Assembly (NCBI GenBank): GCA_028534125.1
Contig: CM052817.1
Coordinates: 42,596,001-42,660,000 of the forward strand
DNA: 64,000 bases
Source of the DNA: Lama glama
Taxonomy: Eukaryota
Direction of reading: 5' to 3'
In this document: positions 13,217-25,830 of the stretch, piece by piece
Numbering within the stretch: position 1 is the stretch's first letter
Layout of the letters: each line of letters opens with the position of its first letter
Translations under genes and position numbers: made by a program
Notes under the pieces: generated by a model
Database searches by the model: none
The model's input: only the letters and a program-made list of their open reading frames with translations
Told to the model about the DNA's origin: nothing

Positions 13217-13515
13217 GAACAATCTAAGATCAGGAAAAAGTGTGAAAATTACTACTGCTAATGGAAACACTCGCAGTTAGGTATACAGTTCTCAGTCATA
13301 TGACCTCGTAACCTCATGAAGCATAAAAAGACAAAAAGTAGAATGAATTCAGATTAGACTTTTTCTAAAATTAAATGCCAAGAAAATTGCTTACAGAGTT
13401 TTGTGGGGAAAAGAATGAGATTCAAGGCTCATAGGCCCATAAAAGTTATTTTCTGATATGTTAGACTCACAGGCAACGTCACCCAAAATTCTTTGTGAAA
13501 AAAAATTATTTAACT

Positions 13516-13736
13516 AAATTGGGAGTTTGTGGTTAACATATACACACTGCTATATATAAAATAAACAACAAGGACCTACTGTATAGCACAGGGAACTACA
13601 TTCAATATCTTGTAATAATCTATAATGCAAAAGAATCTGAAAAATTTTATACACACACACACACAACTGAATCACTGCTGTACACCTGAGACTAACACAA
13701 CATTGTAAATCAACTATATTTCAATAAAAAGAAAAA
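13516..13736 (+). mobile_element. Artiodactyl L1 3' end (5'-truncated)
   Basis: 'gggagtttgtggttaaca...caacaaggacctactgtatagcacagggaactacattcaatatcttgtaataa...gtaaatcaactatatttcaataaaaa'. Confidence 0.9.
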
Positions 13737-13759
13737 CTGTATATACTTAAATCAACTAA

Positions 13760-15720
13760 GAAATAAATACAAATAACTCAGAATATAGAGTTGTTAGAAT
13801 TTAAACATAGTACTATCAAGATAAAATGCATAACACTGAACTAACATTTAATAGTAAACTAGACTTGAGATTTGAGACAATATCAGGAAAATCATAATAT
13901 AAGGCACAAATAGAAACTAGAAAAACATGCTAAATGTATCATCTGAGCTGGAAGGGTGTGAATGATAATAGCTACTATTTTATTGTGTTCTTTGATGATG
14001 ATAGTAAAATGAATTCAGGTAAATTTTAAAACACTTAGAATTAGGAAACTACGCTTTCTGTGCATGCATCCCAATCTCTAAAGAAAAAATAAATTTAAAT
14101 GCAATATATACAATTGATAATAGGTAGAAAGGAGAGAGAAACAAAACAGAAATCTTTGACAAGATAAAAAGTAAGAATAATAGCATCATCATAATTAATG
14201 TAAAAGGGTTTAGCAGCTCAATTAAAAATAAAGACACTCAAATTGAAAGGTTTTTTTCTACATCTTAATTTAACAGAAAAGGATCAAAGCATAAGTGGTA
14301 AGAAGTACTAATTATACTAAAATTTTTAAATGGGTAAAGTATATCATATAAATACAAAGAAATTAAAAGGAGCAATAATAATATAAAATATAAAATTCAA
14401 GATAAAAATTGGCAGAATTAGAAAAAGCTGAATAAGGTGGCTGCAAAAAGTATAAGGCAAAAAATTATTTGAATGTTTTAGTACAAATAAGATGAGACAT
14501 GGTAAAAGTCTTTAATATTAAAATTTGAGTCTCAGATAAACTAAATAAGCATTAACATGTTCCAGACGGATACATACAAATCACTGCCACAGATAACAAT
14601 TTAATTAAATTATAAATTAATTTTTTTAATTAAACAAAAATATCAAACCATTTCAAGATTTTTAAAAGGCAAACTCCTAAAGAACTCTTAGATGGAAGAG
14701 ACATACAATGCAGTTATTAAACATATTTCAAAGAATAATGTCTATGCTAATGATATATAGCTAAAGCTATATTCATAGTAAAACTCCTAGTCATAAATGA
14801 ATATAATATTGTTCAAGAAAGACTAGAAACAAATGGAAAATTCAACATCAAAAACTAGACAAATAATAAGACAGGTCTCAATAATGCAGAAAAAAACTTA
14901 ACACTCCATAAAGGTGAAATTTTAAAAACTCAATGAAACTGAAATTTAATTATTAACAAAGATAAAAATAATAGATGAGAAAAAGAGAAAAAAGTAGACT
15001 TTATCAATAAACCCAAGAGCTATATCCTTTAAGAGTTAATAAAGCAGACTGCCATAAGGTTATGAGAGAGAGAAAAAGAGAGAAAGGGAATATAACAATC
15101 CACAAAACCTGGAATAATAACTGAAATATAAGTGTAAATATAATAGAGATTTAAAATTTAAAAGATAACTTTTTTATAACTTTATGGAAATAAATATAAA
15201 TTTCTGGATAAAATAGATTATTTTCTAGGAAAAGTATAAGATAAAATTAATTCAGAGAAACAATATGGAAACCAATAAAGAACTGAAAAGCTTATTCAAA
15301 AATTTACTCCAAATACTCAAGCTTACTAACAATTAAAGAAGGTTAAGTAGAAACATGTTATATTATTTTCACCCATAAAATGTCAGCTTCTTTTGTTTTT
15401 AATTGTTAATGTCTAGTAATTATGAGCAGTAAGTAAATAGGCCAGCTGAAGTATAAATTAGTACATATTTTTATATACATTTTTTGAAACATTTATCAAA
15501 AGCAAATGAAAAATGATCTACCAATTTTACTTCTGAAAGTTTATTATAAGGAGCTATGAATAGTTGAGTAAAGCGTGACCTTCAAGAGTTTTCTCTGCAT
15601 TATCTATACTATCAAAATGAAAACAACAGTATTTTTTAAAACTATGGTATATTCATACAGTGGAATTATTATACACACATGTAATGTTATAGCTGAATAA
15701 TCAAGGCATGGATATTGAAT
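13760..15720 (+). mobile_element. Highly decayed L1ME/HAL1-type remnant
   Basis: A-rich. At ~14185 'ataattaatgtaaaagggtttagcagctcaattaaaa' resembles the ORF2 endonuclease start (TLNVNGLNSPIK); 3' UTR-like 'aactatggtatattcatacagtggaattatt' at ~15640. Confidence 0.6.
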
Positions 15721-15769
15721 TAAAGAATACTTTTTCCTATTTAAAATACATATATATAAATACATTAAT

Positions 15770-15880
15770 TTATTATATACTTAATTGTACCTACCCTGTG
15801 CCAGGGATTGTTCCATGCAAGAGGCACAGCAATTAACAACACAGAAAGTGATTTGCCCTTCAAGGAGCATCTTACTGATT
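15770..15880 (-). mobile_element. L2 3' end fragment
   Basis: 'gtacctaccctgtgccagggattgttcc...tgcccttcaaggagc' is antisense L2 tail. Confidence 0.65.
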
Positions 15881-17399
15881 TAAATAGATGATGATGAAAA
15901 CAGATAGATGAAAAGTAGACAGACAGATAATAGATGCATGCATACATACAGGGACAGACAGATGTGGAGTATAGAAGTATAACATCTCTGAGAAATTATC
16001 TAAGAAATTCTTTCCGATAACTTCTAGTGTCCCCACAGCATATTCACACATAGAAGCTGAGGCAGCTACGGCTTTCTTTGAGTGCAAAGACATAGCAGAG
16101 AACAAAAACTCACTGCTAAACCTTGGCTTTCAGAACACATCTGTAAGAAGCACTAGTCTCAAAAGCCAGACTTCCAATAGAAAGCACCTCTAGCACCTAA
16201 GGACTCAATGGTTTTTATTTTCACTTCTTCCATTTCTCACTTAATATTGATAACCAGATTTGGAAGAGCTGAAATCACTAAGGTTTATTTTTTATTTGTT
16301 TATCATAGCCAAAGAGAAACAGCAGGATGAGTAGAATGAGTAAGTAAAAATTATTTCCTACATTCAGGCCAGGAATTGGAAAAAGAGGCAAGCCAGACCA
16401 TTTAGATGCTAGAATAGGGGACTTCTCCTTGGTACCCTCCTGGGGACAAAAACGTGTGTCTGCATATGTGAGTGTGTGTGTGTGCACATGCACATGTATG
16501 CACACATATGTGGATAAAGAAAGACATCCAAATAAATCTGGAAATCCCAGAGCATAAAGGACATGGGCCTCACTTCCCATCTTGGAGAAGATTACATAGA
16601 AGAGGGCCTTCTGTAGACTAAAAATAGCAGCACGGCAATTTTACACAAGCAAGGCAGACCTTGACTTCAGGAAACATAAAAGAGATATGAAAAATGTTGT
16701 ATCCCCTTTAGTACTAGTGCAGAAGATATATGAGAATCAACTGCCAGTAGGTATGCCATGAACATCTTGCAGTATGGCAGCATGAGTGTCACCCAGTGAC
16801 AGAAACAGTGGGGTGGACAGTCCAGAGCTGGGTTTCAGCAGCATTTCTAACTGATCTCAAAAGATAAGTACAACAATAAAAAGGAGAGTAGCAGTCACAT
16901 TAGAAAAGAGGCACCACACAGAGAGAGCCAACTGCAAATTACGCCAGCCATAGACATTTCAAAGCAAAACCCAGTAAGAACCATGGAACACCACATGGAA
17001 TGGTCATTTCCCATTTCTCATATCAAATACCACAGTGATACATAGATACAGTTTCAGTCCTCAGACACCTTCTCAGAAATGCAAAAAGAAAGAAAACAAC
17101 CTATGAACTGGAGGAAAGTTCTGATAAAGAGTTTCAACTTTGAATTAACTGAACTTTCAATTACTAAGTTCACCCAGTAACTTCCTGAAAGAGACAAAAA
17201 GAAACTTGAAATGCTTGAATTATGTTTTATTGACAAGATTAACTTTCTGTGACTATTACCCTCACTATGCCATAGCAGAAATGGGGGCTTATGAGCAAAT
17301 CAAATGCAGCTTACAGAAAAAAATAAGAAAATTACATTTCTACACTTCAATGATTGTAATACTGTACATTAAAGTTGTACATATTCCAGAATGCTAATA

Positions 17400-18538
17400 A
17401 CTTTCTATTTCAATTGCTGAAATTGCCAAGATTCCACGGAACCAGGAAAGAATAGTTATCAGGAATCTGTAAACCTAAAAGGGATTCTGGAGTTTGCACA
17501 TGCCTGGGGACAATAAAATTCCAACAAGCCAGAAAAGAAAGACCTTGCTGGTCACCATGGGCATTCAGCTGTCACCACAGAAAGGCTATGCCTTATATTA
17601 TAGCCACTCTAGCCCTGCATTATTCTGCAGATCATACCAGCCATAGTCCTACCCTAATGTTAAAAATTAGACTTGGAAGTGCCAATATGGTCAAAAAGTA
17701 AAAAGAAAATTAATCATGTGCCAAAACAAAAAAGCATTCATTAAAGAAATACAACAAACTACAGAATCAAAAATTCTAAACCAGCAAAGAAACTATAACC
17801 AGGAGAAACATCAGTCAATAAAAACAGAACCACTAAGAAGCTATAGAGCTACAGTAAATAAGACAGTGTGGCATTATACAAGTATAGACAAATAGATCAA
17901 TAAAGTTGAATAGAAAGTCAAGAAGCAGGCCTATATGTATTTAGTTTCTGGATTTATGGTAAATGTAAAACTGCAGTGCAGCAGGGAAATAATAATACTT
18001 TATCAATAAATAAGTCAATCAGATATTTATATAAATAAATTTGACCCTATATTATATTAGACAAAAAAGAATTCTATTCCAGATGGACGCTACATCTAAT
18101 TTTGAAAATATGACAATTTAAAATTCTATGGGGAAAAAAAAACAGAATTATTTCTTGATGATTTTAGGGTATGCAAAGTTCCCCTAAACTGGAAACTAAC
18201 AATAAAAGGAAACAAAAATAGCATTAACCACAAATGAAAGGAAAAATTTCATTGGAATGCATTAAAATTAAGAACTTCTGCTCATCCAAAGACAAAAGGA
18301 ACAAAAATACCAGCCACAGAATGAAAGTACTTTTAATAAATCTGACAACAAATTTGCATTCAGAGTGTATAAACATTTCTAAAGATCAATGAGGCAGACA
18401 ACCTAACAAAAAAAACTAAATGCCAGAAGACTTGAACAGGCACTTTACAAAATAGGACATAAAAATGGTAAACAAACATATGAAAAGGTATTCAATTTCA
18501 ACAGTCATCAGGCAAATGCAAATTAAAACTACCATAAG
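17400..18538 (+). mobile_element. Old L1ME-type fragments (5' piece plus ORF2 3' piece)
   Basis: 'agctacagtaaataagacagtgtggcatta...agacaaatagatcaat' and 'cattaaaattaagaacttctgctcatccaaagaca' are ORF2 motifs. Confidence 0.7.
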
Positions 18539-18539
18539 G

Positions 18540-20670
18540 AATTTCACTTCAGGTGTGGAAAAATAAGAATGTAATAAACTGATCCTTCCACAAATATTAT
18601 CAAACTTTGGACAAAATATAAAAAGAAAAAAAAAAAAAACTAACTGAAGGCCCTGGAGACTAAACAGAAGCACCCGGATTTTAGAAATTGTAACTTAGAG
18701 TAAGTGTTCATTATAGAGTGAGTTAAATTTATTTTAACTTTTACCTGAGAGCAGCTGAAGTTGAAGTGGGGCATACAAGAAGGCCAAAATGGCTATACAA
18801 AGACAGTAGTCTTTCCGCATAGAATAAACAAGGTACTTCCCCTGGCATGAGAACCAACAAGTGAGAGGGAGCCATGGAAATCAGAGAAAAAGAACTCCAA
18901 GAAATGTGTTTAAACTTAGCCCAGGTCTCTGGCTGATCCCTAAACTATATACGTATACGGTAAACCAAAAGCAGCTTGCAGCTGAGACCCGAAGGACTGA
19001 AATGAGATCTGAACTGCTGCCCCCACAGGTATATCACACTGCACAGCTAGTTGATACGGAAACAAAAGCACCAACAGTCCTTAGCACAACAAAACCCAAC
19101 GTCTCCACAACAGAATATTCAAAATGTTCAGGACATAATCCAAAATTACTCAACATACAAAGAGAGGGAGAATATGACCCAGTCTCAAAGGAAGCAACAG
19201 TCAACAGACAAAGCCCACTGTATACATGTTGGATTGGCAGACAAAGGCTTTAAGGAAACTATATAATTATGCCCAGTGAAATAAGAGAGAATACACTTAT
19301 GATGAATTAAAAGAGAGAAAAACTTAGAAACAGGACATATAATAAAGAACCAAATGGAAATTTCAGATCTGAAATATATCAAATCTGAAGGATGAAAAAT
19401 ATACTGGATTGGCTTAAGAGCTAATTAGATATGATAGATGAAAGTTAGTAAACTTGAAGCAAAATCAAAATAAATCAATTTTTTTAAAAAGAGAGAAAAA
19501 AGATTGAAAAAATTAAGTAAGAAACCAAAAGGACCTACAGAGAATTTTCAAAAATACAACCAACATACAGTTAGGTGGTATCTCAGAAGAAGAGGAGTGG
19601 GAAGATGAGCTGTAAATTATTTCTGAGACAATACTAGCAGAATTCTCAAATTTAGTGAAAGCTATGAATGAACAGAATTAAGAAGTTCAAAAAAGGCCAA
19701 TCAGAATTAATTTTAAGAAATTGATTCCTATATGCAAAATAAATCTAGTTTGTGAAAAACAAAGAAAGACAAAAATCTCAAAAAGCACACAGGAAAAAAA
19801 GATACATTATACACAAAGAACAACAACTGGAAAACACAGACTTCTCATCAATAAACAATGGAACAACACCCTCAAGTTTTTGATACAAACCAAAACAAAA
19901 TTAAGAAAACAAGTTTTTAAAAGTAAACAGAATTTTATGTGCAACAAAATATAAATGAAATAAAGATGTAATAAGCTAAAGCCCCCCCCCCAAAACTACA
20001 ATAAATACTAAGGGAAGTTTTCAGCAAAAGTGAAATGATACTAGAGGGAAACTTGACTCCTCAAGGATGAATGAAAAGCATCAGAATATATGAATATGGG
20101 CATAAATGACAGTGAGGCACTATCTATATAACTACACAACTATATCTTTATATATTTATAAAACTATATAACTATATAGCTATATACGGAACTATATATA
20201 GTTGATATGTTTCTACATTTTATATAAAATGGTACAAAATTAGGCCTACGATTAATACAAAAACTTAAGCACTTAAATTGTAATCCCTAAAGCAATCAAT
20301 AAAAATATAATGCAAAGAGGGATAACTCAAAAACAATTAATTTAAATAGAATTCTGAAAAGTATTCAAGTGTTCAAAAGCAGGGAGGAACGGAATAAGAA
20401 AGGAACAAAACACAAAACAGAGAAAGAGAAAAAACAATATTAAAACTGTAAACCAAAACTCCATAATATCAATAAGTACATTAATTTTAGTGAACTAAAC
20501 ATTTTAGTCAAAAGATAGAGAATGTTAAAATGGATAAAACAGCAAAACCAACTGTATATCATTTTCAGAAGGTGATCTTTAAAATTGAGACAAAAGTTAC
20601 ACTGAGTGCAAATGCATGGAAACAAGTATTATGTGGTAAGCACAGGAAGGCTGGCCACATTAACCTGATG
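18540..20670 (+). mobile_element. Old L1 (L1ME/L1MD) 5' UTR, ORF1 and start of ORF2
   Basis: ORF1-like 'aagaaccaaatggaaatttcagatctgaaa' and 'gaaagttagtaaacttgaag'; ORF2 start 'atatcaataagtacattaattttagtgaactaaac' at ~20467. Confidence 0.75.
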
Positions 20671-22304
20671 AAAAATATCTCATTTTGGTTTCACCCTACC
20701 CAGACCAGCAAAGCTGAGATATATAGACACAGCCAGGAATAACAAAGGAAAACAGGAGCTATTAATAGCAGACACACAGCAAGAGCAATCAAGGTCCACA
20801 GAGACCCGCTCAAAAGATAAACTCAGCAGATTTTGCCACTGAAGAAGGAACCAAGGTCCAGCATTGCTGCCAAGGACCCCCTGCAGATTTCACCAGCTCT
20901 CACCCCATGGGTATTCACACTAGTGGACACCAACTACCTGACTCCTTCCACTCCCTCCTCCTCTACCCCTGCCAGATCCCAGGGCCAGCACTAGCAACCA
21001 GCTCAGGTCTCTGAAGCTGGACAAGTACAAGACACCAGCTGCCTGATGGCTCCCTGGCCCTGCCAGGGCTCAGGAAACACACCAGCAGCCAGCTCAGGCC
21101 CCTGTGGCTGCATGAATGCATGACACCAGCCTACACAACTCCAGCTGAGGCCCACTGCTGTGCACAGGCCTCTCCAGCTGTGCATCGGCATGCCACCAGT
21201 GTGATGCCTGTCATTAGCCCCCACTACAGTGTACACTGTTGGGAGCTGAAAGAGCCACCACAGGAGAGCACACTGACAGTCAGGGCCCTTGCAGCTGCCA
21301 GTAAGCCTGAAGCTAGCCCTGACCCCAGCAGCCTGCCCTGGCTGCACAAGCGTGATTCTACAACCATCCCTTGCCACTACACAGGCCTGCACAGCTGGCC
21401 CCCAGAGCTGCGTGAGTACACCACCAGCTCTGCCCACCACTGCTGTCTGCCCTGGTACCTTGCCACTGGAGCTACACGTATTGCCAAGGACCCCAACAGC
21501 CCTTGTAATCACTGTGGACCACTTGCAGTTCTCACCAAGGACCTCACAGCTGTCCATGCTGTGGACCCCAGTGGCCTGAGCTGATGAGACACCATGTCCC
21601 CTTGGAACGAGTGCTGCCACATACCCTTACATTTTGCACTGTTAGACCCAGCATCACAGCATGCTCAGCATGTCTCCCACTTGCATGTAAAAGTCTTCCC
21701 TTATAGAAGTCAGTCTCTAAAGTCCGTAAGAGATAACTGCTTTCTCAAATGTGCAGACACCTACCTGCAAGGCAATAGGGAACAAAGCAAATCAGAGGTA
21801 ACAGGACTCTACCAAAGGAATAAAGTAAATCTAAACCTGCAGTCACTGTCCCCAAAGAAATGGAGATTCAGAAATTACAAGACAAAGAATTCAAAATAAG
21901 TGTTCTACTGATGCCCAGAGAGTCATAAGAAAACACAATTTAATGGTATCAGGATAACAATACAGCAATAAAATGAGAAGTTAAACAAAGAAACAACAAA
22001 CAAAATAAAGAAGAAACAAACAGAAATTCTGGAGCTGAAAAATAAAATGACTGAACTAAAGAATTCAATAGAGAGCTCCAATATGAGCCTTGACCATGCA
22101 GAAGAAAACAATCAGTATACTAGAAGACAGATTAGCAGAAACTATTCAATCAGAGGAGCAAAAAGAAAACAAGAATGAAAGGAATGAAGAAAGCCTACAG
22201 GACTTATAGGACACCATGAAGAGGAATAATGTATGATGACTGGAGTCCCAGAAGGAGAAGAGAAGAGAAAGGGTTGGAAAGCTCATCTAAAGAAATAATG
22301 GCTG

Positions 22305-22568
22305 TCATTTGCAGCAACATGGATGCTCCTAGAGAATGTCATTCTAAGTGAAGTAAGCCAGAAAGAGAAAGAAAAATACCATATGAGATTGCTCATATGT
22401 GGAATCTAAAAAACAAAAACAAACAAACAAACAAAAACAAAGCATAAATACAGGACAGAAATGGNNNNNNNNNNNNNNNNNNNNNNNNNNNNNNNNNNNN
22501 NNNNNNNNNNNNNNNNNNNNNNNNNNNNNNNNNNNNNNNNNNNNNNNNNNNNNNNNNNNNNNNNAAAA
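22305..22568 (+). mobile_element. Young 5'-truncated L1 inserted in ORF1 of the older L1; spans the assembly gap
   Basis: 'catttgcagcaacatggatgctcctagagaatgtcattctaagtgaagtaagccagaaagag'. Exact direct repeat taaagaaataatggctg at 22288-22304 and 22569-22585. Confidence 0.9.
22465..22564. other. Assembly gap (100 N)
   Basis: Run of 100 n characters. Confidence 1.
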
Positions 22569-23959
22569 TAAAGAAATAATGGCTGAGACCTTCCCGAACC
22601 TGGGAAGAGAACCGGACATTAAGATCATGAAGCTAATAGGTCCCTCCCAAAATTTCAATCCAAAACAACGTCCTCCAAGACAATTAAAATAAAACTGTCT
22701 AAAAATCAAATAAAAAGAAAGACTTCTAAAAGCAGCAAGAGGAAAAAAAATAATTCTCTCATACCAGGGAAACCCATAAGGCTATCAGTGGATTTCTCAA
22801 CACAGACCTTGCAGACCAGGATAGAATCAAATTATATACCCAAAGTGCTGACAGAAGAAAACTGCCAACCAAAAATAATTTACCCAACAAATCTGTCCTT
22901 CAGAAACGAAGGCCAGATTTAAAAATGTCCCTGATAAGCAAAAGCTGAACCACTAAACTTGCCTTCCAAGAAAATACAGAAAGTTCTTCAAGCTGAAATG
23001 AAAGGATCCTGATAAGTAACAGAAAAATACATGAAAACATACAACACCCTGGTGAAGATACACACACAGATTCCAAATACTCCAGTACTTCAGCATGGTG
23101 ATGTGTTAACACTTAGCTCCAATACAAAGGTTAAAAGGCCAAAGTATTATAAACATATGGAAAGATGCTTAACATTACTACTCATCAGAGAAATGAAGTC
23201 AAAATCACAACAGCATCTCACACCCATTATGACGGTTACAATTAAAACAAAACAAAACAAAACCAGAAAATAACAGGTATTGGTGAGGACACAGGGGAAT
23301 TGGGACTCTTGTGCACTGTTGATAGGACAGTAAAATCATGCACTTGCTATGGAAAACAGTATGGAGATTCCTCAAAAAATTAAAATTAAAACTATCTTGT
23401 GACCCAGCAATCCTATTTGTGGATATATAACCAAAAGAACTGAAAGTGTCTCAAAAGATATTTGCATACCCATTTTCACAGCAGTATTATTCACAATAGA
23501 GGAGAGGTGGAAGAAACCCAAGTATCCAGTGATGGAGGAATGGATAAACAAAATATAGTATGCACAGACAGTAGAATTTTATTCAGTATTAAAAAGGAAG
23601 GAAATCCTGTCACATTCTGCAACATGGACAAACCCCGAAGACATCATGCTAAGTGAAATGTCCATCACAAAAAGATAAATACAGTCTGCTTCCTCTTTTA
23701 AGACTACTCTATTAAAGTAGTCAAATTCAGGACACAGAAAGTAGAGTGATGGTTACCAGGGGCTCAGGGGAGAGGGAAAAGGGATGTTTTTAATGGATGT
23801 AGAGTTTCAGTTTTGCTAGATGAAAAAGTTCTGGAGATTTGTTTCACAACAATGTGAACATACTACTAAACAGTGCACTTAAAAACAGTTAAGATGCTAA
23901 ATTTTGTGTTATGTGTTTTTTACCACAGTAAAAAAATGCAAACATAATCTGTGATAATT

Positions 23960-24147
23960 AATCACATGGGTTTGTTTGTGTGTTAGGAATGTCTGTGAGG
24001 AGCACCTCACAGGTGCTGGCAGTGTTCTGTATCTTCATGGACATGCTGGTTACACAAAGAGCACTAAATCTGTGAAACATTAACATTTTCATTTATTATT
24101 TGTGTACTTTTTTCTGTGTATATTAAAATTCAATAGAAAATTAAAAG
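23960..24147 (+). mobile_element. L1ME-type 3' UTR end
   Basis: 'ggtgctggcagtgttctgtatcttc...gctggttacaca...tttgtgtactttttctgtgtatattaaaattcaatagaaaattaaaa'. Confidence 0.7.
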
Positions 24148-24399
24148 TCAGTAAAAGTTTGCTTAAAATAAAAATATGTAAGAAATGAACCACTGCATCA
24201 TATTAATTAATTTGCATGTTTTCCATTTTTCCTCTAAGACAAAAGAAAAATATGAAGCTATACAATTACTCACTGGTTAAAACATCACTGAATAACTCAA
24301 GTTTACATTTAAAAAAGAAAGTCTCATATCCCTCATGCCTAGATCCTTTCTGGTTCAGTTTCAACAAATTATCTATTTCCAGAAAGGTAGATAAGGGTT

Positions 24400-24720
24400 A
24401 ACTGTCTGACTACCTGGCTGGGGAGAGAAGGAAGGAGTAACGAGGGCAAAAATCTAGATTTGTTACTATTTCTTAGATGGACTTTCAAATAGTATCTTTG
24501 ATTTTATCTCCTTTCTCCACTCTTGCTTCCTTTGGTATCAGGTTCTTCCAATTTCTGAAGTTTTTCTGGAATTATTCTGGGAAAACCAGCTGTATTTTGG
24601 AAGTGCTTCACTAGTGAGGTGCACTGAAGATGGATGTTCCTCGATTCTGCTAAATCAGTTATCTCTCCTCCAATCTGCTTGGGTTATAAATGCCTCTCAT
24701 TTCTCTTTACTGAGATTCAA
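24400..24720 (-). mobile_element. HAL1/L1ME 5' fragment, antisense
   Basis: 'ggactttcaaatag...ccaatttctgaag...tctgctaaatcagttatctctcctccaatctgctt' resembles an antisense HAL1/L1ME 5' end. Confidence 0.45.
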
Positions 24721-25374
24721 TTTAAAAACAATGTTCTCAGAACATATATGATATCTTTCCTGGAAGTGTTCAAGGCAGGTAGTGTTTTAGGAATATTTGT
24801 GGTTCAGAGTTTAAAGAATTTATTTTTTTTAATAATATCAACAGGGGAAAAAAAATCAAAGCACAGAATTAGATGTCTCCAAAATCATATGATTTGGAGC
24901 TGTATCAGCTGCAAATAAAGATGACAGCTAACACATAGTCTGGTAACTGATCCATCATCTAAATGGCTTTCTGTGCTTTAACAATTATCTGTTTTTTTTT
25001 AACCATTATCTGTTATAGCTTACAATTTGTTTTGTCTTCATGAGAATCTAAATAAAGCCTGATTAAATAATACACATGCATTTTATAAAACCTCTTTATC
25101 CTAAAACATATTTGCACTAGCCAAGCAAATTATTCTATGTCTCTTGTTACATTAATTAATGGTCAGAAACAATTTCCAAATCATAGGTAAAATATTTTTA
25201 AGTAGTAGAGTTTGCCGTTCTATCAATTTCCATTGGCATGAACACCAAAACATTTTAATGTAAGAACAAAGTTAGACTGGGTAAAACAAGTAACAAATAA
25301 ACAATGAACACTCTCTCGCCATCTCAAAAAAATACAGTTGTTCTTTGGTCCTTAAAGAAATTCAAGTGCAATGG

Positions 25375-25830
25375 ATATTTACTGAGTTGCTTTTATGTGC
25401 TAGGCACTGTGCTAAATACTATATACACAAAGATTAGGAACCTAACCTTGATCCAGAGAATCAAGTAAACTGTATAAGATAAAATATTAAGCCTTGGGAA
25501 TGCTTTGATCAGCTGTGGGGGAGCCAGAAAACTTCTTGGATAAAATGATCCAAATCGTTCAGATGTTTGAAGGATGAGTATTAGCCTGATAAACAACAAA
25601 AAGGAATTCAAGAAAGAAGAAATTATAAACAAAACAATGGAGGCATAAAATAGCCATGAGGAGTATGTAGAACAAGAGTATTTGATAAAGATACCTATTA
25701 TATTTTATTTCATTGAACTGGTGCTTATGACTTGCCTCCTATGTACCAGATCCTGTACTAGGCAGTGAGAAGCTAACAGTGACTAATATTAACATCTTCC
25801 TACCCTCATGGGGCTTAGTATCTGCCTAAC
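25375..25830 (-). mobile_element. Two L2 3' end fragments
   Basis: 'tttactgagttgcttttatgtgctaggcactgtgctaa' and 'cctcctatgtaccagatcctgtactaggcagtgag...ctaccctcatggggctta'. Confidence 0.7.

Larger units (their letters stand above)
20673..23937 (+). mobile_element. L1MA/L1MB-type element: GC-rich 5' UTR, ORF1, internal deletion of most of ORF2, 3' UTR
   Basis: CpG-decayed GC-rich 5' UTR (20680-21800) and ORF1 ('cagaaattctggagctgaaaaataaaatgactgaactaaagaattcaatagagagct'). Jumps at ~23145 to the ORF2 end and an L1MB-like 3' UTR ending 'tttaccacagtaaaaaaa'. Confidence 0.8.

Noticed and set aside
21003..21620. 205-aa minus-strand ORF and overlapping 154-aa plus-strand ORF
   Set aside because: Both lie within a GC-rich, CpG-decayed L1 5' UTR where stop codons are rare; no recognisable protein.
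22344..22709. ORFs spanning the N run
   Set aside because: Artefacts of translating through the assembly gap in L1 sequence.
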